Below are positions 9,066 to 17,915 of a DNA stretch of 64,000 nucleotides, one piece after another. This DNA comes from an uncultured Bacteroidota bacterium (GTDB lineage: Bacteria > Bacteroidota > Ignavibacteria > UBA10030 > UBA8401), in contig CALETH010000070.1 in NCBI GenBank assembly GCA_937920105.1, positions 73,484-137,483 of the forward strand, in the 5' to 3' direction. The notes below the pieces were generated by a model. The model saw only the letters and a program-made list of their open reading frames with translations, had not been told where the DNA came from and ran no database searches. The translations under genes were made by a program, and so were the position numbers. Positions within the stretch are counted from its first letter, which is position 1; each line of letters begins with the position of its first letter.

Positions 9066-10127
9066 ATGTTCACTCCAAAAACCATTACGTTTTTTTTATT
9101 ATCTCTTATTTTTTTAGGATGTAAAAAGGACCCATTTATTACACCATCGGAAATACCACTAACAACAAAAGGTGTTTATGTTATTAATGAAGGAAATTTT
9201 GGCAAAGAAAATTCTACAATAACATTTTATACTCCAGATTCTGCAAAAGCATATCAAAACATTTTTGAAAATGTGAATGGGAAAAAATTAGGAGATATTG
9301 GGAACGATATGATTATTTATGATGGAAAAGGTTATATCGTTGTTAATAATTCTCAAAAAATAGAAGTTATTTCATTAACAGATAATAAATCTGTTGGAAC
9401 CTTAACAATTCCCGGAAATAAAAGCCCTTATAAAGTAGCAATCGTTAATAGCGAAAAAGGATATGTTACCAATTTATATGATAATTCAGTAACAATATTT
9501 AACCCGACAACACTTTCTATCATAAAAGAAAAAGTCCCCGTGGGAAATAATCCGCAAGGAATACTTTTTGCAAACAATAAAATTTATGTTTGTAATAGTG
9601 GTTGGGGAAATGATAGCACAATTTCTATTATTGATATTGCAAAAGATAGTGTTGTGCAAACACTTGTTGTTGGTAGAGGACCAACTTCTTTAGGCGTGGA
9701 TTCTGATGGTGAGATAATTGTAAAATGTTATGGCTTTGAAGATTATGTAACGCCTGCTAATAGTATCGCAGGAAATATTGCAGTTGTAAATCCTACAAAT
9801 AATACTATTGTAACAACAATTCCATTGCCAATTGATGTGTACGGAAACAGTGGGAAAATTTCTCTTTCTCAATTTGGTTATGGATATTTTCTTACAAGGA
9901 ATGGTATTGTAAAATTTGATACAAAAACACATACCATTCTTTCTAACGAAAAAATTTTAGGAAGTGTATATTCTGTTGCTATTGATGATGCTACAGAAAA
10001 TATTTATGTGAGTGATGCAAAAGATTATGCACAAGATGGAGAAGTAACAATTCATAATAAAAATAGAGAGAAGGTAAAAAGTTTTACAACGGGAATTATT
10101 CCGGGAACGATTGTGTTTAAGAGGTGA
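9066..10127 (+). CDS. Surface lipoprotein, YncE/DUF5074-like beta-propeller
   Basis: The lipobox is LIFLGC/KKD. Repeated units resemble YVTN-type beta-propeller blades (VYVINEGNFG…, GYVTNLYDNSVTIFN, IYVCNSGWGNDSTISIID, IYVSDAKDY). It starts 40 nt after btuB on the same strand. Confidence 0.65.
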   Translation: MFTPKTITFFLLSLIFLGCKKDPFITPSEIPLTTKGVYVINEGNFGKENSTITFYTPDSAKAYQNIFENVNGKKLGDIGNDMIIYDGKGYIVVNNSQKIEVISLTDNKSVGTLTIPGNKSPYKVAIVNSEKGYVTNLYDNSVTIFNPTTLSIIKEKVPVGNNPQGILFANNKIYVCNSGWGNDSTISIIDIAKDSVVQTLVVGRGPTSLGVDSDGEIIVKCYGFEDYVTPANSIAGNIAVVNPTNNTIVTTIPLPIDVYGNSGKISLSQFGYGYFLTRNGIVKFDTKTHTILSNEKILGSVYSVAIDDATENIYVSDAKDYAQDGEVTIHNKNREKVKSFTTGIIPGTIVFKR

Positions 10128-10177
10128 GAAGAAACGAGATATATTGTAATAAGAATAAAAATTCTCTATTTTAGAGT

Positions 10178-10372
10178 ATGAAATTCTATGATAAATATCC
10201 GCAATTAAAAGAAAAAGCCTTTTTGACACAGGTTCTTACTAATACTGTGTATTCAACAATGTCGTTGGAAAATCAACAAGTAGCAATTTCAAAAATTCAA
10301 GAAATTGTTTTGGCTTTATTGCACGAACAAGAATCAAAAGGCCGTCAATTCTTTTCTCATCAAACTACGTAG
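10178..10372 (+). CDS. Small ORF (64 aa) with a Fic-inhibitory-helix-like motif (T-x3-E-N); possibly an antitoxin-like peptide or a Fic_N remnant
   Basis: …VYSTMSLENQQV… fits the (S/T)xxxE(G/N) motif. Its 3' end overlaps the convergent Fic gene by 39 nt. No obvious SD was seen. Confidence 0.3.
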   Translation: MKFYDKYPQLKEKAFLTQVLTNTVYSTMSLENQQVAISKIQEIVLALLHEQESKGRQFFSHQTT

Positions 10373-10912
10373 AGGTTCAAAATTTCCTTTGTCTGCTGAT
10401 TTCATTGCATCAATGTAAATTTTTCGACTATCACCTTCTCGGTAATAAAGTTCCAACGGTTTGTAACCAAACTTTAACGCAACAAGGTTCATAAGAATTC
10501 GTCCGGTTCTACCATTGCCATTATTAAATGGGTGAATTCGAATAAATTCATAATGAGCAAATGTTAAACACTCAATGTGTTCTTGCTGAGTTGTGGAATT
10601 GGATATTTTAAAATTTAAGTTATCAATAAATTGGTAGATTAAATGCAGAACTTTGTTGGGTTCTGGTGGTATCAACTGTCCAACGATAACAGAAGTATTT
10701 CTCCATTTGCCTGCCCAGTCATAAAGTTCTGAAAACGCTATTCTATGAATTTCACAAATGAGTTGAGTTGAAATTTCGGTTTCGTTATCAAGTCCAAAAA
10801 CAAAAAGTTCTGCTGTCGCAATTCCTTTTGCCTCATATTCATTAATAAGGTTTTTATCAATCAATCCAAGTTTATTATCTTCAGATGATGGTGTCCAATT
10901 TGTATTACTCAA
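10334..10912 (-). CDS. Fic/DOC family protein (single-domain, class-I-like)
   Basis: The catalytic loop is HPFNNGNGRTGR, i.e. HxFx(D/E)GNGRxxR with N at the acidic position. The 192-aa product has no internal SxxxE(G/N) motif that I could find. The only in-frame start is TTG. Confidence 0.8.
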   Translation of the reverse strand: MSNTNWTPSSEDNKLGLIDKNLINEYEAKGIATAELFVFGLDNETEISTQLICEIHRIAFSELYDWAGKWRNTSVIVGQLIPPEPNKVLHLIYQFIDNLNFKISNSTTQQEHIECLTFAHYEFIRIHPFNNGNGRTGRILMNLVALKFGYKPLELYYREGDSRKIYIDAMKSADKGNFEPLRSLMRKELTAF

Positions 10913-11021
10913 TTTATAGAATGATTAGAATTATTTATTAAAAGGATGATTATTTTAAGTTAATTTAGATATAGAAGTTTTTTGAAAAACCATTGCCTTG
11001 TTCTTCATTTATTGTGGATTT

Positions 11022-11059
11022 AAAAATTAATTTTCCGTAATCTCAATAAAATACGGAAA
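11022..11059 (-). terminator. Hairpin downstream of tRNA-Arg (candidate terminator)
   Basis: tttccgta (11032-11039) pairs with tacggaaa (11052-11059). On the minus strand it is followed by a T-rich run. Confidence 0.35.
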
Positions 11060-11144
11060 TATTTTACTGCCGAAATTTTGTCAACTGTGAAAGGTATATG
11101 AGAGCAGGTAAGAGGTAAAAGATTTGAAAGCGCTTTATTTTTAG

Positions 11145-11218
11145 TGCACCCAGAGGGAATCGAACCCCCAACCCTCAGTTTCGAAGACTGATGCTCTATC
11201 CAATTGAGCTATAGGTGC
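11145..11218 (-). tRNA. tRNA-Arg (anticodon UCG)
   Basis: The reverse complement is GCACCTA TA GCTC AATTGGATA GAGC A TCAGT CTTCGAA ACTGA GGGTT GGGGG TTCGATT CCCTC TGGGTGC A. It folds as a cloverleaf with a 7-bp acceptor stem, a TTCGATT T-loop and the anticodon loop CT-TCG-AA. CCA is not encoded. Confidence 0.9.
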
Positions 11219-11291
11219 GGTACATAAATTGAAAATGAAAAGTTAAAAATGTAAAAGAAATGTACAAAAGTTTGAAAGGGAAATCAAACGT

Positions 11292-12629
11292 TTATTTTTT
11301 TACTTGTAATTCACTTGCCAAAACGTCTTTTGACCAACGAAGTTTTCCTTGTATATCATAACATTCTAAAATCACTTTACGATTTTTTCGTGGTCCGCTA
11401 AAACGCAGCATTCCAAAATTATGAGAATCACTGACAACAGTTCCTTGCACTCTTGTATCATTATTTTCATCAGGTTTATTATTCAAACCGGCGGTGAGAG
11501 AAGAACTGGTGAAATCATACAACGGATAAAAATTTTTATCATTATCACACAGTAATTCTGCATAATGTCTATCTCCAGAAAGAAAAATAATTCCGGAGAT
11601 TTTTTGTTGTTTGATGTAGCGTATTAAATCTTTGTATTCAAAATCAAAAAGTGGAAATGTTTCGTACTTAGAATAGGTATTCAACATTTGATTTCCATTC
11701 ACAATAATTTTAAATGTTGCTGTGCTGGAAACAAGTGCATCTTTCAACCATTGCAATTGTTCTTTACCAAACATCGTTTTGGTAGAATCATTGGGAGCAT
11801 TGTTTGGCGAACGGTAGTAACGGTCATCCAGCATAAAAAATTCTACATCATTCCATTCAAAACGTTGAAACACACCCTTCGTTTCTTCCGTTCCATGCGT
11901 TTGATTTGCCCAAAAGAGTTTAAAATTTTCTAAGGATTCTGAACGCAAACGATAGGTTTTATCAGCATCATTGGGACCGTAATCATGGTCATCCCAAATA
12001 GCATAATGGTGAGTGCTTCCTAATAGCGGTTGCAATTCCGGAATTGCTCTATCATGAGTTGCACGATGTTGCAAACCGGAAACAGTGTTCCAATCAATTT
12101 CACGATAGTAAAAATTATCACCAAGCCATAACATTAAATCCGGTTGTTGTTGTGCAATGGTGCGGAAAATTTCGTAATCGGAACCGTATGGTTTTCCGGG
12201 TCTATCCCACTCTGTTTCATTGATGTATGCACACGAACCAAACGCAACACTAAACGCCGGCGGGTCTGTTCGCCATTGCCATAATGGCTGTGTTTGAAAC
12301 TTGAGCGGATGTGAACGTGAAACAAGATTTCCATTAATCAATAATTCATACTCATATTTTTTTCCGGGAAGCAAATTATTGATAAGCGTTTTGGCAACAA
12401 AAACATTTTCTTTTGTAGTATGAATATTTTCACTAAGCATTTTCTTTTCAGGGTTTTCTTTATCCCAATAACGATATTGCACTGTGCAGGGTTCAGTAGT
12501 TTGTATCCACAACAATACTTCAGTCATTTGTCCGTAGCCAACCATTGGACCTGAACGAAGAAGTGTTTGTGCAGAAAGTGAAAAACAAAAAAAGAGAGAG
12601 AGAAAGAAAAGTTTTTTATATATCATCAT
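11292..12629 (-). CDS. phoD: Alkaline phosphatase D (PhoD) family metallophosphatase, secreted
   Basis: A signal peptide is present. The motifs LWLGDNFYY, WDDHDYGPND and GDRHYAE are present, preceded by an N-terminal fibronectin-like PhoD_N region. Confidence 0.85.
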   Translation of the reverse strand: MMIYKKLFFLSLFFCFSLSAQTLLRSGPMVGYGQMTEVLLWIQTTEPCTVQYRYWDKENPEKKMLSENIHTTKENVFVAKTLINNLLPGKKYEYELLINGNLVSRSHPLKFQTQPLWQWRTDPPAFSVAFGSCAYINETEWDRPGKPYGSDYEIFRTIAQQQPDLMLWLGDNFYYREIDWNTVSGLQHRATHDRAIPELQPLLGSTHHYAIWDDHDYGPNDADKTYRLRSESLENFKLFWANQTHGTEETKGVFQRFEWNDVEFFMLDDRYYRSPNNAPNDSTKTMFGKEQLQWLKDALVSSTATFKIIVNGNQMLNTYSKYETFPLFDFEYKDLIRYIKQQKISGIIFLSGDRHYAELLCDNDKNFYPLYDFTSSSLTAGLNNKPDENNDTRVQGTVVSDSHNFGMLRFSGPRKNRKVILECYDIQGKLRWSKDVLASELQVKK

Positions 12630-12650
12630 AAATATTTCCTTGTAAAATTT

Positions 12651-13454
12651 TTATCCAACACTTACTTTTTTTACTACACCAAGTTTTCTTCCTAAAAAAC
12701 GTTCACCAATTTCTGTAAATTTTTGTGGATTATCACTCACAAAAAATTGAATATTTGGATTTTCTTTACTTGTATTTTTTAATTGATGCAGTGAAAGTAA
12801 TTTTTGTACTTCTTTCGCAGTTTCTTCTCCAGAATCCACAAGCAAAATTTGATTTTTAAAAACGGCAGAAATACTTTTTTTCAATAGCGGATAATGTGTG
12901 CAACCCAAAACAAGAGTATCAATTTTTTGTGTAACTAGTGGAAACAAATATTCACGTGCAATGAGTTCTGTTGCCGAATGTTCCATCCAGCCCTCTTCTA
13001 CTAAAGGGACAAAAAGGGGACATGGTTGGCTAAATACTTCTGCTGAAGAATCCAATTGCTTTATTGCTTGTTCATATGCTCCGCTGGCAATAGTTCCGGC
13101 TGTACCAATAACACCAATTCTTTTTTTTGCTGATGATGCAACCGCTGCGGATGCACCCGGAATAATAACACCTGTTACGGGAATGTTCGTTCTTTTTTGT
13201 ACAACATCCAATGCAACTGCGGAAACAGTGTTGCAAGCAGCAACAATCATTTTTACATCTTGTGAAAGAAGAAATTCTGCATCATCAAGAGTATATTCTC
13301 TAATAACTTGTGGAGATTTTGAACCGTAGGGAACGCGGGCAGTATCACCAAAATAAATGATATTTTCGTGAGGGAGGAGTTGTAATAATGCACGTACAAC
13401 AGTTAATCCGCCAATTCCGGAATCAAAAACGCCGATGGGTTTGTGAGAATTCAT
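12651..13454 (-). CDS. murI: Glutamate racemase
   Basis: The motifs IGVFDSGIGGLTV, the catalytic Cys blocks AACNT and GCTHYP are present, and the length (267 aa) fits. Confidence 0.95.
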   Translation of the reverse strand: MNSHKPIGVFDSGIGGLTVVRALLQLLPHENIIYFGDTARVPYGSKSPQVIREYTLDDAEFLLSQDVKMIVAACNTVSAVALDVVQKRTNIPVTGVIIPGASAAVASSAKKRIGVIGTAGTIASGAYEQAIKQLDSSAEVFSQPCPLFVPLVEEGWMEHSATELIAREYLFPLVTQKIDTLVLGCTHYPLLKKSISAVFKNQILLVDSGEETAKEVQKLLSLHQLKNTSKENPNIQFFVSDNPQKFTEIGERFLGRKLGVVKKVSVG

Positions 13455-13572
13455 AATCAGTTTTTAAATATAGTTACTTCATTATCAACATACAATTTTT
13501 TATTGACTTTTGAGTATGTTTTTAATATCTTTAACATCTCAAAAATAAAAAATTAGGAAGGATTGTATTACA

Positions 13573-13881
13573 ATGTACGCAGTAGTAGAAATTGCTGGTC
13601 AGCAATATAAAGTAAGTCCGAACGAAAGAATTTACGTTCCACGATTGGAAAATGAAATTGATAGCGTTGTCAATTTTGAAAAAGTATTATTGCTTTCAAA
13701 CGATAATGCTGTAAAAGTTGGAGCGCCAACAGTTTCCGGTTCTTCGGTAGAAGCAAAAGTGCTTTCTCATGTAAAAGATGAAAAAGTCATTGTTTTCAAA
13801 AAGAAAAGAAGAAAAGGGTATCGTGTAAAACGCGGACACAGACAACAATATACACAAATAGAAATTACGAAAATTAATTAA
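13573..13881 (+). CDS. rplU: 50S ribosomal protein L21
   Basis: MYAVVEIAGQQYKV… and …KKRRKGYRVKRGHRQ… are present. An SD is present and L27 follows. Confidence 0.95.
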   Translation: MYAVVEIAGQQYKVSPNERIYVPRLENEIDSVVNFEKVLLLSNDNAVKVGAPTVSGSSVEAKVLSHVKDEKVIVFKKKRRKGYRVKRGHRQQYTQIEITKIN

Positions 13882-13896
13882 GCAAGGAGAAGTTCA

Positions 13897-14145
13897 ATGG
13901 CACATAAGAAAGGTGCGGGAAGCACTCGTAACGGTCGTGATAGTAATGCCCAACGTCTTGGTGTAAAACGCTTTGGCGGACAAAAGGTGAATGCCGGAGA
14001 AATTCTTGTTCGTCAACGAGGAACAAAATTTCATCCAGGAGATAATGTTGGCAGAGGTGGAGATGATACATTGTTTGCTTTAAAAGCAGGAACTGTAAAA
14101 TTTCACTATACAAGTAAAACACGTCAAGCCGTATCAATTGTTTAA
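13897..14145 (+). CDS. rpmA: 50S ribosomal protein L27
   Basis: [29 protein letters not shown]…. Confidence 0.95.
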   Translation: MAHKKGAGSTRNGRDSNAQRLGVKRFGGQKVNAGEILVRQRGTKFHPGDNVGRGGDDTLFALKAGTVKFHYTSKTRQAVSIV

Positions 14146-14203
14146 AGGAATATGGAAAAACGTTCCACATTTTCATGAACATAAAAAATTTTTACAATCA
14201 TAT

Positions 14204-14250
14204 AATGCGTTAAAGGAATTGTAGTATTTCTTAACGCATTTTTTTATTTT
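14204..14250 (+). terminator. Intrinsic terminator after rpmA
   Basis: A 10-bp stem forms between aatgcgttaa (14204-14213) and ttaacgcatt (14231-14240), followed by tttttatttt. Confidence 0.6.
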
Positions 14251-14263
14251 ATAAATGGAAATC

Positions 14264-14393
14264 GTCATTCCCGAATGTTCCTGACCTGTCGTCAGGACAG
14301 GTTTTATCGGGAATCCAAAAATTGAAAATAAACAAAAGTGTGGATTCCTGCCCCCAATTTAAAACATATTGGGAAAAGTTTCGCAGGAATGAC
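14264..14393. repeat. Two adjacent, oppositely oriented 'gtcattcc…ggaatc' palindromic repeats with expanded loops
   Basis: The first is 14264-14316, gtcattcccga…(cctgacctgtcgtcaggacagg)…tcgggaatcc. The second is 14342-14393, ggattcctgc…gcaggaatgac. Confidence 0.75.
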
Positions 14394-14419
14394 ACTCTGT
14401 AACCTAATTACATTACTAA

Positions 14420-15355
<936 letters not shown>

Positions 15356-15365
15356 GGAGTTTTAG

Positions 15366-15806
15366 ATGATACTTTTAAAGATGAGCAATATAAAAAATCA
15401 ATCTATTGAAGTGTTGAGTTTTTCTCATGGTCTTTCCATGCCACTTTTTGGAGATGAAATAACACATAAAAGAAAAGTTGGTAGAGTTGTTCATCAAGAT
15501 TTTACCTTCATAAAATATACAAATGAGTTATCACCTTTACTTAATCTTACTTTGTGCAAAGGGGAAGTAATAGATACAGTTAGTATAGAATTTAGTGGGA
15601 TATGGACTGCTGATGAAAAAAATAAAAAGCAAGAATTAAATTTTTGTATAGAATTTAAGAATTGTATTTTAACGAATATTTCAATTTCTGGTGGTGATTA
15701 TGGAAATTCAGTTGAAACAGTATGTTTTAGTTATGGAGAAATAGAATGGAAATATAATGGAAAAGATAAAAAGAATTCATCAACTGCATCATGGAAAAAA
15801 GAATAA
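15366..15806 (+). CDS. Hcp/TssD-like tube-protein homolog (no signal peptide)
   Basis: The blocks IEVLSFSHGLS, VHQDFTFIKYTNELSPLLNLTLCKGE, ILTNISISGGD and ETVCFSYGEIEWKY parallel the conserved Hcp1-family blocks (…VLxWSWG…, …DxSFTKxxDxxSPxL…, …GG…, …vxfxyxxvxxxY). An AAGGAG SD is present. Confidence 0.7.
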   Translation: MILLKMSNIKNQSIEVLSFSHGLSMPLFGDEITHKRKVGRVVHQDFTFIKYTNELSPLLNLTLCKGEVIDTVSIEFSGIWTADEKNKKQELNFCIEFKNCILTNISISGGDYGNSVETVCFSYGEIEWKYNGKDKKNSSTASWKKE

Positions 15807-15836
15807 ATTATTAACCTATTATTAAGGAGTAAAAGT

Positions 15837-16373
15837 ATGAAAAAATTAGTTTTTATTTTTTTATTTACCGTATGTAATATCTCATTACAGGCTCAATACA
15901 ATCAAAACAATGAAATAGTATTGTTGGAAATAGAGGGAATAAAAGGAGAGTATAATTCTTTTTTAGGGAAAAACTTAATACCGTTAACATCCTATTCTTT
16001 TTCTGCGTATACACAAAATCTTAATCAAGATTCTCTCTCTTTTTATGGAGCGTCGGACTATAGTAATTACAATTATATTTCTATTACGAAAGCAATGGAT
16101 ATGGTCTCTCCACAACTGCTTTCCAAATGTATGAATGGAGAGAAAATCGCAAAAGCAGTGTTAAAGGTGTGGAATATTAATGATACCTCTAATCCAATTT
16201 TTATCATAGAAATGAAGAACTGTTCACTACAAAATGTTTCTATAACTGGTGGTGGAAGTTATTATACATCTTCAGAATCTATGAATATTAATTATGAAGA
16301 AATAAAGTGGGAATACACAAAAGTGGTTAATGGAGAAAAGAAGACTTCAACAGCAATGTGGAAGAAGAAGTAG
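15837..16373 (+). CDS. Hcp/TssD-like homolog carrying an N-terminal Sec signal peptide
   Basis: The signal peptide is MKKLVFIFLFTVCNISLQA/Q. Hcp-like blocks follow: EIVLLEIEGIKGE, ISITKAMDMVSPQLLSKCMNGEKI, LQNVSITGGG and ESMNINYEEIKWEY. An AAGGAG SD is present. Confidence 0.65.
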   Translation: MKKLVFIFLFTVCNISLQAQYNQNNEIVLLEIEGIKGEYNSFLGKNLIPLTSYSFSAYTQNLNQDSLSFYGASDYSNYNYISITKAMDMVSPQLLSKCMNGEKIAKAVLKVWNINDTSNPIFIIEMKNCSLQNVSITGGGSYYTSSESMNINYEEIKWEYTKVVNGEKKTSTAMWKKK

Positions 16374-16420
16374 AATGAATATAGTAACTAAAGACCTCAC
16401 AGGTTTAGCCCAAATTATCT

Positions 16421-17362
16421 ATGTTTAAAAAACAAAAACAACAAGAAGAAATCGAACCAAAAACATTTCCTCAAAAAATAAAACATTTTTTCCGCGAACT
16501 CGTAGTGGTATTGGGAGTATTTTTACTCCTCAATAATTTTGTGATTGCATCCTTTATGGTGCCGACTGGTTCTATGGAAAATGAAGTGATGACTGGTGAT
16601 TTTCTTATGGTCAATAAATTTATTTATGGCGGAACATCACCAAGAAATTTACAGCAATTGGATTTATTGCGATTTGTTACTTTTGGAGCAATAGAAATGC
16701 CCAATGTAGATTTACCATGGTTTCGCCTGCCAGCATTTAAAAATATAGAACGTGGTGATGTTATTGTTTTTGAATTTCCCGGAATGCGGGAGGAAGCAAA
16801 ATCTCCACAATTTATGTTTTATCTCAAACGATGTTTGGGAATTGGTGGAGATACGTTGGAAATAAAAAATCGTGTTGTGTATATCAATGGAAAGCAGTCA
16901 TCCATTCCACGTAATGTAAAGTATAATGATTTCCGTGTGAAGCCACCATATTATGCAGATGAAAGAATTTTTCCGCCAACAGCACCATTTAATGAAGATA
17001 ATTATGGACCTGTCGTTATTCCAAAAAAAGGAATGGAAATTTTCTTAACATCAGAAAATTTTAGGATGTGGGATGTTTTTATTCAACGTGAAGGACATAA
17101 AGCGAATATTCAAGATGGAAAAATTTTTATTGATGGAAAAGAAAATTCTACTTACACTGTAGAAAAAAATTATCTGTTTGGAGTGGGAGATAATCGAGAT
17201 AATAGTTTAGATAGTCGTTTTTGGGGATTTATTCCCGAAGAAAATATTGTTGGAAGTCCAATTTTTGTATATTGGTCGTGGAATCCAGATATTCCAATCT
17301 TTGATGTTTTTGCAAAACTTGGTTCGGTAAAATTGAATAGGGTGGGAACGTTTATTAAGTAG
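16421..17362 (+). CDS. lepB: Signal peptidase I
   Basis: A TM anchor is present. The motifs are the Ser box PTGSMENEV, the Lys box YLKRCLGIGGD and GDNRDNSLDSRFWGFIP. Confidence 0.9.
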   Translation: MFKKQKQQEEIEPKTFPQKIKHFFRELVVVLGVFLLLNNFVIASFMVPTGSMENEVMTGDFLMVNKFIYGGTSPRNLQQLDLLRFVTFGAIEMPNVDLPWFRLPAFKNIERGDVIVFEFPGMREEAKSPQFMFYLKRCLGIGGDTLEIKNRVVYINGKQSSIPRNVKYNDFRVKPPYYADERIFPPTAPFNEDNYGPVVIPKKGMEIFLTSENFRMWDVFIQREGHKANIQDGKIFIDGKENSTYTVEKNYLFGVGDNRDNSLDSRFWGFIPEENIVGSPIFVYWSWNPDIPIFDVFAKLGSVKLNRVGTFIK

Positions 17363-17363
17363 T

Positions 17364-17900
17364 ATGCAAACAATTCTTTCTCTTTTGCGTGGTATTAATG
17401 TTAGCGGACAAAAGAAAATTGTAATGTCGGATTTACGAAAACTCTATGAAGAATTAAAATTCAAAAATGTTCAAACCTACATCCAAAGTGGAAATGTTGT
17501 TTTTCAATCTTCTTCATCTAAAAATCCTTCTCACCAAATAGAACAAAAAATTTTTGATTACTATAAATTTGAAGTTTCTGTAATGACAAGAACTCTGGAA
17601 GAATTAGAAACGATAATTTCTAATAATCCTTACGCAAAAAAGAAAAATATAGAAAACGATAAACTCTATGTAATTTTTTTATCAGAAGTTCCAGAGCAAA
17701 AATATATTTTTCTTGTAGAAAATAAAAACGATTCTGACTTGTTCACTATTCTTGGGAAAGAAATTTATTTGTATATTCCTAATGGTTATGGAAAAACATC
17801 GTTAAATAATAATTTTTTTGAAAATAAACTTAAACTCACGGCCACAACAAGAAATTGGAAAACTGTCAATACATTGTTGGATATGATGAAAAAACTTTAA
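17364..17900 (+). CDS. DUF1697 family protein
   Basis: LLRGINVSGQKKIVMSDLRKLYEEL… and …YIQSGNVVF… are typical of DUF1697. The product is 178 aa. Confidence 0.75.
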   Translation: MQTILSLLRGINVSGQKKIVMSDLRKLYEELKFKNVQTYIQSGNVVFQSSSSKNPSHQIEQKIFDYYKFEVSVMTRTLEELETIISNNPYAKKKNIENDKLYVIFLSEVPEQKYIFLVENKNDSDLFTILGKEIYLYIPNGYGKTSLNNNFFENKLKLTATTRNWKTVNTLLDMMKKL

Positions 17901-17915
17901 TAATATAAAAATATA

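Noticed and set aside
12898-13329. 143-aa plus-strand ORF inside murI. Similar antisense ORFs include 14620..15060 in mdh, 22714..23151 in the permease, 32642..33127 in the anti-sigma gene, 60036..60545 in the UDG gene, and 2866..3330 and 29900..30262.
   Set aside because: Each lies entirely antisense to a gene with strong family motifs. Their compositions are odd (Ser/Cys/Ile-rich). They have no SD and no recognisable domains. They are typical shadow ORFs.
15366-16373. Calling this locus a type VI secretion system.
   Set aside because: Only Hcp-like genes are present. No sheath, baseplate, membrane-complex, VgrG or PAAR genes occur anywhere in the 64 kb. It is reported instead as orphan Hcp-fold proteins.
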